Assembly (NCBI GenBank): GCA_016788165.1
Contig: JAEUTH010000021.1
Coordinates: 153,046-217,045 of the forward strand
DNA: 64,000 bases
Reading direction: 5' to 3'
From: Bacteroidia bacterium
GTDB lineage: Bacteria > Bacteroidota > Bacteroidia > AKYH767-A > OLB10
Shown: positions 39,683 through 50,600 of the stretch, in pieces
Layout of the letters: every line of letters begins with the position of its first letter
Numbering within the stretch: position 1 is the stretch's first letter
The notes under the pieces: generated by a model
The model's input: the letters and a program-made list of their open reading frames with translations, nothing else
What the model was told of the DNA's origin: nothing
Database searches by the model: none
Program-made: the position numbers and the translations under genes

Positions 39683-41263
39683 TTAATAACCGGGATTTTG
39701 AACCAGGTTTTTGTTCACTGCTAAATCGGCTGCAGGTATGGGATATAAATTTAAATGACCGGATGTAGCATTACCGGCAACACTACCTCCTTTGTATGGC
39801 CATAAATAATTGCCACCGGTAAATAAGCCGTAACGAATTAAATCGGTTCTGCGGGTACATTCCCAATATAATTCGCGTGCGCGTTCTTTTAGTAAAAATG
39901 GTAAATCAACGGTAGTAACCTGGCCAGATGTATTACCAAAGGCACGATCGCGTAGCGCATTAATGTAAGCAGTAGCTTGTGCCATATTGCCGCCTCCGCC
40001 TCTAACAGTAGCTTCGGCATACATGAGGTAAACATCTGCTAATCTGAACAATGGGAAATCGGTATCCACAAAATTACCGGCAGGGTCGCTGCCTTTTATG
40101 CCATTACGATCAACGTTACGCCATTTATTAACAGCATAACCATCTTCAAAAGTTTTTAGTTCGGCTATGTCATAATTTTGACCATCAATATGGAACATAT
40201 ACCTTTTGTCAACTGCCGAGTCGTTATCAAACGAGCTTACCAAACCTTTGGTGGTACGTAAACCAAACCATCCACCGTTAACACCAAAATCATCATCGTT
40301 CATAGTGCCGCCAATTGCTGCATGAATAATAAAGGTTGTACCACCATAAGTTTGTGTGCGTAAACCATCGGATGTGATAGGAAATATTACTTCTGTTGAT
40401 TTGTGATTATCGGCCAAAAACAACCAATTATAATTAGCATCCAATGTATAGCCTCCTGCAATTACTTTATTACAATAAGTAATACAATCATTATATCGTG
40501 CTGTACCAGTATATACTTCGGCATTAAGGTATAAACGTGCAAGTAATGAAGCGGCAGCAGCTTGGTCGGCACGGCCATATTCATTTTGGCGCGGTGCAAT
40601 CATCAGCCCTTCTATGGCTTTTAATTCCGATTCTACATAATTGAAAAGTTCTGTTCGGCTTGCTTCGCGTGGGTCGTAAGAGCCAACGCCATCGCTTTCA
40701 GTAACAAATGGGCCTTTACCATATAAATCAAGCTGATAGTAATAGGCAAGGGCACGTATAAAGCGGGCTTCGTTTCTAAACTGCTTAATTTCGTTAACCT
40801 GCGAGTCGGTAAACCCACGTCCATTTAACTTGCCATCTTCTGTTTCGCGTATAAATTCATTACACATGGCAATTTCGAAATAAATGCGTTGGTACATACT
40901 GGTAACAAAACTGTTATCATTACTCCAGGTTTGTTGATTTAAATCAGGAATACCAGGGTCAGTCCAGCCGCATACTGCTTCATCGGTAGGTAATTCTTGT
41001 AAATTCCATAAGGCACGGATAAAACTCGAAAAACCTTCATCACCTGTTCCAAAATCGGGCGAACCTGCCGGGCCTCTGTTACCGGTAAGTATCAGTCCAC
41101 CATATATTTTTGCCAAAACGCTTCGGTAGTTTTCGGCTTTGCTATAAACCGATTCGGCATTTAAACCGTATTTAGGGGTCATGTCCAAATCCTTGTAACA
41201 TGATGTAAACATCAATGTTAAACAGGCTATGGCTATTGCTTTAGATTTGAAATTCGTATTCAT
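39683..41263 (-). CDS. SusD/RagB family nutrient-binding outer-membrane lipoprotein
   Basis: 526 aa with a lipoprotein signal (FTSCYKD). SusD-like TPR-rich fold; directly downstream of SusC. Confidence 0.8.
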   Translation of the reverse strand: MNTNFKSKAIAIACLTLMFTSCYKDLDMTPKYGLNAESVYSKAENYRSVLAKIYGGLILTGNRGPAGSPDFGTGDEGFSSFIRALWNLQELPTDEAVCGWTDPGIPDLNQQTWSNDNSFVTSMYQRIYFEIAMCNEFIRETEDGKLNGRGFTDSQVNEIKQFRNEARFIRALAYYYQLDLYGKGPFVTESDGVGSYDPREASRTELFNYVESELKAIEGLMIAPRQNEYGRADQAAAASLLARLYLNAEVYTGTARYNDCITYCNKVIAGGYTLDANYNWLFLADNHKSTEVIFPITSDGLRTQTYGGTTFIIHAAIGGTMNDDDFGVNGGWFGLRTTKGLVSSFDNDSAVDKRYMFHIDGQNYDIAELKTFEDGYAVNKWRNVDRNGIKGSDPAGNFVDTDFPLFRLADVYLMYAEATVRGGGGNMAQATAYINALRDRAFGNTSGQVTTVDLPFLLKERARELYWECTRRTDLIRYGLFTGGNYLWPYKGGSVAGNATSGHLNLYPIPAADLAVNKNLVQNPGY

Positions 41264-41274
41264 TTTTATAGCTA

Positions 41275-44235
41275 TTAAAATTGAAAGTTTAAATTGATTG
41301 AGTAAATACGTGGGCGTGGGTATATGTTTTGATCAATACCGCCACCAACTTCTGGGTCGAGGCCGGCATAATCAGAAATGATAAATACATTTTGAACATT
41401 AAACGAAGCAACCATATTGTATTTATCTTTAATTAAGTTTTTAAAGTTGTAGGCTAAACTTACATAGTCCAGTTTAATAAAATCGGCTGAGCGTAAGTAG
41501 TAATCAGAAAAATATTGCTCTTTTTTAAATCCGGTATTTAAGTAATCGGTTGATAGATTGCTAAGTGCTTTAACCGAGCCACCCATGCCTGCCAAATTTC
41601 CTCTGATAGAAGCAACGTTGTAATAAATATAGTGACCAAACTCGCCACGTAAACTTGCGCCCAACGACCAGTTTTTGTAGGTAACATTGGTATTTAAACC
41701 AACTAAATATTTGGCATCGGGGCGGTGCTTACGCACCAAATCATTTTCATTAATTTTTCCATCGTTGTTTTGGTCAATGTATTGACCTTCTTTAGGCTTT
41801 CCGTTTGCATCGTAAATTTGCTCATAAACATAAAATGTATTGGGTGCGTAGCCTACCGTATGTACTTGAATGGTATTGTTTATACCGCCTTGTATGCCGC
41901 CCACTTTAATGCCAACTTCGCTTTCGGAACTTGCTCCGGTAATCTTAGTTATTTTACCATTGTTGGTGCTAAAGTTTGTTCCAATTTCCCATGTAATTTT
42001 ATCTGTGGCAACCGGTATAAAGTTAAGGGTAACTTCTAAACCTTCATTCTCCAAACTACCTACATTGGTAAGTACACTGTTACCAAAATTGGTACCTGCA
42101 GCAGGTGCAGCATTCACAATTAAATCTTTGGTTTCTTTTCTATAAACATCAACAGCACCGTTTATCCGACCATTAAAAAAGCCGAAATCTATACCTGCAT
42201 TGGTAGTAGTAGTTTCTTCCCACTTTATAAATTTATCATAAGCATCGGGTCGTAACACATAGTAATACTGGCTACCAAACTGGTATTGAGCCGTATTGTT
42301 TCCTTGGCTGTAGTTTGCTATGTATGGGTAGTCGTTATTGATGTCTTGCTGTCCGGTAACACCATACCCTAAACGAAGTTTTAAGATTGATAACCAGCTA
42401 ACATCTTGCAAAAATGTTTCATCGCTTATACGCCATGCAAATGCGGCCGATGGAAATAAGCCATGGCGCAAATCTTTATCAAAGCGTGATGATGCATCAT
42501 CACGTAAAGTAGCCGTAAACAAAAATCGTTTAAACAATGTGTAATTAATCCTGCCATAAACAGAGATTAATGCATTTTCGGTAAATGATGGCACCGGTAT
42601 GCCGGGTAACGTATCGCCTGCAGCATTGCGGCTGTAAAATGCCGGACTTTCAGAACTCCAATATTGATAGGAGTATCCTGCTGTTAAATCCAATCGGTTA
42701 TTGGGATTAAACTCTTTATTGTAATTCAAATAGAAGTCAAACAGTTTATTGTCTTTGCTTTGCTCATATTGTGTTTGGCTACCCTTAGTTGTATAGGCCG
42801 ATGCGGCCGCGGCCGATGTAAAGGTACTACCGTGACTGCGGCTAATATCACCACCCACATTAACATGAGCGCGTAAGCCTGGTAAAAATTTGAATTTGTA
42901 GTCAAGCCCGGCATTACCAATAAAACGATTTACAAATCCTTTATCATCACGTAAGTTTAATAGCCCCATTGGGTTTCGGGCTGCTACAACAATGGGTTTT
43001 TTAGAATTATCCAACCATTCAAAATAGCCGCCATAAGCAGTTGTATCACTGTAAATATTTTGAGTAGGATCAAAACCTACTGCCGATCCAATTGCGCCTT
43101 GGTCGGGAAAGAAATTATAAGTGGTACTGTATTTTGCATTCACTTCTAATGTTAAACTATTATCGAAAAATGAAGGGTTTAAATTTATGCCCACCGATTT
43201 ACGATCCATTTGCGAGTACTGCAGGGTGCCGGCATTGCTTAATAAGCCAAACGATAAGCGATATGGTAATCCTTTTATGCCTCCGGTAAAACTGATATTA
43301 TTATCGCTGGTTAGCGCGTTACGGTAAATTTCGCTTTGCCAGTTGGTTACCGATTTGCCTAAAAGCCCTTTTTGCGTATTGGTACCATTTGCCATCACCA
43401 CATTTCTAAACTCATCAGCACTAAGCACATCGGTATAATCGGCAACGGTTGAAATGGCAAAATTGGTGTTAAAGTCAACATGGAACGATGAAGCGGAACC
43501 TTTTTTAGTAGTTATGATAATCACACCATTAGCTGCTCTTGCCCCATAAATAGCCGCAGCTGACGCGTCTTTTAACACAGTCATATTTTCAATGTCGTTA
43601 GGGTTAATTAAACTTAAACCATTAGGCGCACCACTAATGCCATTGTTATCCAATGGTACACCATCAACAACAATTAAAGGATCATTGCTTGCATTTAATG
43701 ATGTACCACCTCGAATACGAATGCGGCTTCCCGAACCAGGAGCACCACCATTGGTAGTAATTTTTACACCGGCAGTTTTACCTTGTATTAATTGCTCAGG
43801 TGTGGCAATAATACCTTTATTAAACTCTTTAGCATTTACACTGGCTACTGAACCTGTTAAATCTTTTTTCTCAGTTGTTCCATATCCAATTGCTACTGCC
43901 TGGTTCAGGAGTATAACATCTTCCTTTAAAGTGAAATTAAGTTTGGTTTGTTTACCTTCACTAATACTTACCTGTTGGGTAACTGATGTATAGCCAATAA
44001 AACTGGCAACAACGTTGTATGTGCCCGGCTTTACTTGTTTAATTAAATAGTTGCCATCCATATCTGCCACACTGCCTTGCGTAGTGCTGCTAATCGAAAT
44101 TGAAACAAATGGAATGGGTTGATTGGAGGCATCAGTTACAGTACCGCCAATACTGCCGGATTGGCCATAGCTTAGTGTAAATGATACACCAAGTAAAATA
44201 AGCCATAAAAATTGGCGTAAGTAGTTTTTTTGCAT
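41275..44235 (-). CDS. SusC/RagA family TonB-dependent outer-membrane transporter
   Basis: Carboxypeptidase-regulatory-like N-terminal domain, TonB box/plug, a 22-strand barrel, and a C-terminal aromatic (NLNFQF). Preferred start is ATG 44233-44235 (MQKNYLRQ...) rather than the TTG at 44295. Confidence 0.85.
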   Translation of the reverse strand: MQKNYLRQFLWLILLGVSFTLSYGQSGSIGGTVTDASNQPIPFVSISISSTTQGSVADMDGNYLIKQVKPGTYNVVASFIGYTSVTQQVSISEGKQTKLNFTLKEDVILLNQAVAIGYGTTEKKDLTGSVASVNAKEFNKGIIATPEQLIQGKTAGVKITTNGGAPGSGSRIRIRGGTSLNASNDPLIVVDGVPLDNNGISGAPNGLSLINPNDIENMTVLKDASAAAIYGARAANGVIIITTKKGSASSFHVDFNTNFAISTVADYTDVLSADEFRNVVMANGTNTQKGLLGKSVTNWQSEIYRNALTSDNNISFTGGIKGLPYRLSFGLLSNAGTLQYSQMDRKSVGINLNPSFFDNSLTLEVNAKYSTTYNFFPDQGAIGSAVGFDPTQNIYSDTTAYGGYFEWLDNSKKPIVVAARNPMGLLNLRDDKGFVNRFIGNAGLDYKFKFLPGLRAHVNVGGDISRSHGSTFTSAAAASAYTTKGSQTQYEQSKDNKLFDFYLNYNKEFNPNNRLDLTAGYSYQYWSSESPAFYSRNAAGDTLPGIPVPSFTENALISVYGRINYTLFKRFLFTATLRDDASSRFDKDLRHGLFPSAAFAWRISDETFLQDVSWLSILKLRLGYGVTGQQDINNDYPYIANYSQGNNTAQYQFGSQYYYVLRPDAYDKFIKWEETTTTNAGIDFGFFNGRINGAVDVYRKETKDLIVNAAPAAGTNFGNSVLTNVGSLENEGLEVTLNFIPVATDKITWEIGTNFSTNNGKITKITGASSESEVGIKVGGIQGGINNTIQVHTVGYAPNTFYVYEQIYDANGKPKEGQYIDQNNDGKINENDLVRKHRPDAKYLVGLNTNVTYKNWSLGASLRGEFGHYIYYNVASIRGNLAGMGGSVKALSNLSTDYLNTGFKKEQYFSDYYLRSADFIKLDYVSLAYNFKNLIKDKYNMVASFNVQNVFIISDYAGLDPEVGGGIDQNIYPRPRIYSINLNFQF

Positions 44236-44290
44236 AATACTTCGTTTGGTTTTAATTAAAATTTTAAACGTATTAGGGGGATTCGAACCT

Positions 44291-44313
44291 GACAATAAAA
44301 AAAGTATTATTGT
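44291..44313. promoter_or_regulatory. perfect 8-bp inverted repeat gacaataa-N7-ttattgtc upstream of susC
   Basis: Seen directly in the sequence, about 56 nt upstream of the susC ATG. Candidate operator or 5' hairpin. Confidence 0.25.
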
Positions 44314-44644
44314 CTATGGCAAAGTAATTGATTGGCTTTTAAAAAAACAATAACTATTGATAATGTTTTATAAATTAAATGGCTCTGCATTATACTAACG
44401 AGATATTTTGATACCAGAAAGCAACCTTGAAATTTTTGCTGCATTTCAATTGTTTACAAATAAGTTGGTCTGTTAAAAACCGCTTACAATATCATTACAT
44501 GAATTATATTTAAAAATATATTTTTGGCGGCCTCATTTTAAAATTTCTGAAGCCTATAAAGTATTAACGCCTTTCTAACAAAAGTCATTTAGTATTTTAT
44601 TGTTTTAACCACTATTAATTAACTAAGAAATTAAATATCAATAT

Positions 44645-47600
44645 ATGAAAAAAGGTTATACGAATTTGTTTACGGTTCTGTTTATGTTTTTGTGTTTGGT
44701 AACGCAAGCGCAATTAAAAGATGCACATACTAAAATTAACGCAACTGATGCACAACAAGAAGTTGCCGACATTAATGCAGCACTTAAAAATGGATCAAAT
44801 GCTTTAATGGCTTTAGATAGCATACCTCAGTGTAGTGCTGTTTGGACTTATGGTGGTGGTACAGGTGTTGTCCCCGATAACAACAGCAACGGCTTAACCA
44901 TGAATTTTAATATTAATGATATAGCCGGAACTAACTTAGGTACGGATGTTAATTTAGTTGGCGTATCAATTACCTTACAACATTTTAGAATTGGCGATAT
45001 AAGTATCGAGTTAATTGCTCCAAATGGTGTTAAAATTCCTTTGGTTGATCGTATGGGGTATCCGGCAACTTTACCTTATGGCTGTACCGGTAAAAATATT
45101 AATGCCACATTTTTAAGAGGTACCGGTGCCGAGGCCGAAAACGTTTGTGCTACACCACCCCCGGCTTTGAAAGGTGTTTACTCAGCCGATTTTGGTTTTA
45201 ATTTAGACAGTATAAACTTAGCCGGTGGTTCACCTAATGGCCAGTGGAAATTAAAAGTATATGATGCACAGGCAGGTGAAATTGGTTATGTTTTGAATTG
45301 GAAAATGTATTTCGACCAACAACCACCCAATGCCGTATTTACAACCAATGCTATTGGCTTATTTGTAAGCCTTAATGCACAAAACACATTAAATGGAAAT
45401 GCAACCTATATATGGGAGTTTGGTGATGGCGATAGTGCGGTTGGCCAATCTGTTACACATCAATATCCGGTCCGTGGCCAGTACACCATTAAACTATTGG
45501 TAATTGATGCTTGTGGAATTGATTCGGCCAAAGCTACCTACAGCTTAGAACCTCCACCATGTTTTGCCGAATTTCCTTCAACAACAACACCTACACCTAT
45601 TACCGATAATAACCCTGCCGGTGATACTTTAGTTATTAATACCAACCAGGTAATTGGTTCAAAATTGGGCAAAGATGTGCAACTTCGTAAAGTTTGTATT
45701 CAGGGTACACATCCAAGGGTTGGCGATTTAAAAATGAAATTGATTTCGCCCGGAGGTGTCGAAATTTTATTTATTGACCGAACTTATTATCCATTTCAGC
45801 AGCCTTACGGTTGTTTAAATTCTGATTTTAACTACTGCATTATTCATGGCGATTCATTAGATGGAGAATTTAAATGTGATGCAACCGGTGCCGCAATTAA
45901 AGGCGAATTTACAGCCATGACGCCTCAGGATTTGCGTCAGGTAAACGATTTAGTTACCAACCCAAATGGTGCTTGGAAATTAGTAGTTTATGATATGGCA
46001 GCCGGGCAAACCGGTGTTGTAACTAATTGGAGCCTTTTGTTTGACCAACAAGACCCTGATGCAGATTATACTTATACATTTAGTGGCTTAACGGTTGATA
46101 TTACTTCTAAAAATTTGCCTGCCGTTAACTACCGTTGGGATTTTGGAGATGGTACACCAATTGACACCAACAAAAGCCCTTCGCATACATATGCTACACC
46201 CGGCACTAAAACAATAACCGTATATACTGATAATGTTTGTAGCCGCGATACTTTGGTACGTAACATAACCCTTTATGCTTGCGAAGAACAATTTGTATAT
46301 CCATCGGTACCGGTTGCCATTCCAGATATTGATTCAACCGGAATACTTATACCTTTTAATATTACAGGTGTTGATGGCGTTAATCTGGGAGTTGATGCAT
46401 TTATAACCCGTGTTTGTATTACCAGCGACCATATATGGCCGGGCGATTTAAAAATACAACTAATAGCTCCTAATGGTAAAGTAGTGCCTATTATTAATCA
46501 ACCTACGCGCGCATTAACTTTAGCAGGTTGCGGTGCACCGGGAATTGATATGTGTATTGTGCAGGGAAGCGGAAACGATACACGCTTCGTTTGCGACTAC
46601 GTAAATGCACCTCCGGCAATAAAAGGGTTTTATACTGCCAATGCCGGCTACCCTCTCGAATCAATAAATTTGGCAGGAGGTAACCCCAATGGCACCTGGT
46701 ACTTAAATGTATTTGATTATGCATTATTTAAAACGGGAAATATTACCAGTTGGAGTTTATATTTTGGTAAACTAAAGCCAAACGTAGATTTTACATATAC
46801 AGCGAACGATTCAGGGCTTGCATCATTCACTATACCAAATGCATCAACCAATTATTTATGGGTTTTTGATAATGGTGATACAAGTACCAGCCTAACACCT
46901 ACACATCAATATCCAGCTAATGGCATATATCAGGTAAAATTAATTGCAATCGATTCGCTTTGTTTAAGCGATTCGATTGTTAAGGATGTTTACATCACCT
47001 CTTTTAACAGAGGTTGTGTTTCACCATTTGTATATCAGGGTACAGCAGTTCCAATTGCCGATGCCGATTCGGTAAACGGATCCGTTTTAAACTTTAATGT
47101 AAGTGGTGTTTTAGGAGATACCTTAGGCACCAACGTAAACCTTTATCGCGTTGCCGTTAAAGGTAAACATGGCAGGGTAGGCGATTTAAAATTCAAACTA
47201 ATTGCACCCAATGGCTTAAGCACAATTTTAGTTGATAGGCCCGGTTACCCAACAACAAACGAAGGTTGCTTACAACGTGATTTTCAATTTATTTTAAGTA
47301 ATGGGCAAGGAGCCAACTTAGAAACTATGTGTAATGAAACCGGATTGGCATTGTTTGGTAATGTGTTATCAGATAAAGCTAACGATTTAGGTACTATCAA
47401 TTTTGGTGGTGGAAACCCAAATGGCATTTGGCAATTAGTTGTTTATGATTATAAAACCGATTGGATAGGTCAAATTGATGGATTGTCTCTTTACTTCGAT
47501 GGGCAGCCTACACATGCCGACTTTATTTACAACATTAAAAAAGATACCGTTGTTTTCAGACATGCAGCGCCATTAAATGCAACAACCAAATGGAGTTTTG

Positions 47601-50600
47601 GTGATGGTACTTTTAGCAATAACCGATTCCCTACTAAAATTTATGCTGATACAGGTATGTATCAGGTGCAGTTGATTGTTACAGATACTTGTGGCATGGA
47701 TTCAATTACCCAAATTGTTCATATAACAGAAGTAAGACCCAAGTGCGTAGATGTAAGAAGATATGTTGGCCCTAAAAACATTCCGAATAATAATCCGGCA
47801 GGTGTTTATATCAACCTGAACTTAAATAATGTGATAGGAAACACATTAGGTAAGGATGTAAGTTTAGTGCGTGTGCGACTAAAAGGTAGAATTACCAAAG
47901 TAGGCGACTTAACGGCTAAGCTTATTGCACCAAATGGAAAGGCTGTTGATTTGTTTCACCGTGTTGGACATCCCGCCAAACCATTAGGCTGCGAACGCGA
48001 TAACTTTGATATAAATTTTGTTAGAGGCTTTGGCCCGGGTGCTGAGCTAATATGTAATACCGTTGGTACTGCATTAGCAGGTACGGTAACAGCAATGGCA
48101 GGCCAAAACTTAGACTCTATTAATATTATGGGCGGTAGCCCCAACGGTAATTGGCAATTGTTTATGAGTGATTTGTCAGCCAATGCTTTTGGCGAACTGG
48201 ATACTTTTGAACTGTATTTTGACGCCCAGGGTTTTGTAAATGCTGATTACAACTACAGTCAATCTTTAACTACCTATACATTTAATTCGGCAAACATTGC
48301 AGGTGTACAGTACCAATGGAATTTTGGTGATGGCACAAGTGCTGCCGGTAGTACAGTTGCACATCAATTTGCTGCTTCAGGCACTTATAATGTTACGTGT
48401 TATGCAAAAGATTCATGCCGCACCGATAGTATCACCAAAATTTTTGTAGTAAATAACTATGATGAACCGGCTACATGTAAAACCACATTAACCGCTACCA
48501 ACTTACCATTATCAATTCCTAATAATGTAACATCAGGAATTGATGTAACTATAAATGCAACTAATTTATCAGGCGCCACATTAGGTGTTGATGTAAATTT
48601 GTATAAGGTTAAAGTAATTGGAACTCATGATAGAGTAGGCGATTTAATAATAACACTAACCGCTCCAAACGGCCGAAAGGTTACGCTAATGGATCGTCCT
48701 GGTTATCCTAATACAATAAATGGTTGTGGTGGCGATAATTTTGATTTTAACGTAATCAGAGGTGTGAATGCATCTGTAGAAAATGCATGTGTGCCTGCAT
48801 CAATTCCATCTATAGCCGGTACATTTAGTGCCGAAGCCGATAATTTAGATTCGATAAATATTTTAGGTGGCAATCCAAATGGCCTTTGGACTTTAAACAT
48901 CAGCGATAACAATGCAACCGTTGGTGGTGGTACCATAACCGGATTCGAATTACTGTTCGATAAACAATCTACTGCTTTAGCAACATTTAATACATCCGTT
49001 TTTGCTAATGAACTAACAGCAACAATACCGGTTGAAACTGGCGTTACCTATACTTGGAATTTTGGCGATGGCAATACTGCGACCGGAGATAGTGTTTGGC
49101 ATGCTTATGCTATGCCGGGCGTTTATACCGTAACATTGCAAGCTGCCGATTCTTGTGGTTTCAATCAAACTACACAACAAATTACAGCAGGTAATTATCC
49201 GATAGAAGCTTGTACCAAAACCTACCTTGCCGATTCGCTACCTAAAGCCATTCCTGATAATGATACTACAGGCGTATATGCCTATTTCCAATTAAATAAT
49301 GTAATTGGTAATACACTTGGCAGTGATGTAAAACTTACCGGAGTTTGTATTAAAGGCAATCACACAAAAGTTGGCGATTTAAAAATTACACTCATTGCAC
49401 CTAATGGCAAATCGGTATTATTGATGGACAGACCCGGTTTTCCGGCTGTGGGAGGTTGTTCCGGAAACGATTTTAATTATTGTGTAGTAAGAGGTATTGG
49501 TAACAGCGTTGAAAATGTTTGTAATGCAAGTGTTCCTACAATTAGCGGAACCTATACCGCTATGCAAGGTTTTAACCTTGACTCGATTAACGTAGCCGGA
49601 GGTTCGCCAAATGGTTTATGGACTCTTTTTGTACAAGATGTAGCACCTGCTAATTCAGGTGGAAATTTAACTGGATTTAATTTAACCTTCGATAATCAGC
49701 AAGGGGTTAATGCAGCATTTACTTACAATGTTGCCGGAAATGGTATGCAGTTTAATTCCCCCAATCAGCCCAATGCAATTTACAATTGGAGTTTTGGCGA
49801 TGGACAAACATCAACATCGGCTACGCCAATAAATTATTATGCACAAAGTGGCACATATACAGTTGTTTTGGTTGCTACCGATAGTTGTGGTACCGACTCA
49901 ACTACACAAGTAGTTAATGTATTTGTTTATCCCGAACCTACCTGTACACGTACGTTTACATTAAACAGTGCACCTGTACCCATGCCCGATAATATTGCAC
50001 CGGGAGCAATTATTGGTGCAACCTTAGCCGGCATTGATGGTACCAATTTAGGTTCTGACGTAAACCTTACCGGAGTTTGTGTTTCGGGCAAGCACACTAA
50101 CGTGGGCGATATACGATTGGTTTTAGTTGCACCAAATGGCGCTACTATAAATTTAATGAATCAGCCGGGCGCACCTGCTTTGCCTAAAGGATGTAGTGGC
50201 GATGATTTTGATGTTTGCTTTATAAGAAATACCGGATTTTATTTGGAAGATACATGCCGCAGTACGATTCCTGCAATTGAAGGCACATTTACTGCTTCCA
50301 ATGGTTTCGACTTACAAACCGTAAATACAACAGGAGGCAATCCAAATGGCTTATGGCGCTTGTTTGCTGCTGATTTAGCACCTTTAGATACCGGTGAAAT
50401 TACTTCAGTAACGCTCACATTTGATAATCAGATTTTAACCAATGCTGCTTTTACTTATAGTTTAAATAATAATGAGTTGCAGTGCACCAGTACACCTTCA
50501 CCTAATGCTACATATCAGTGGACCTTTGGCGATGGCAGCACCAGCACCGATGCAAACCCAATTTATACTTACAATACAAATGGTTTCTTCAATATAACAC

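Noticed and set aside
41725-43993. Several 65-133-aa + strand ORFs
   Set aside because: All are antisense within susC. Their Pro/Leu-rich translations are typical of spurious reverse-frame ORFs.
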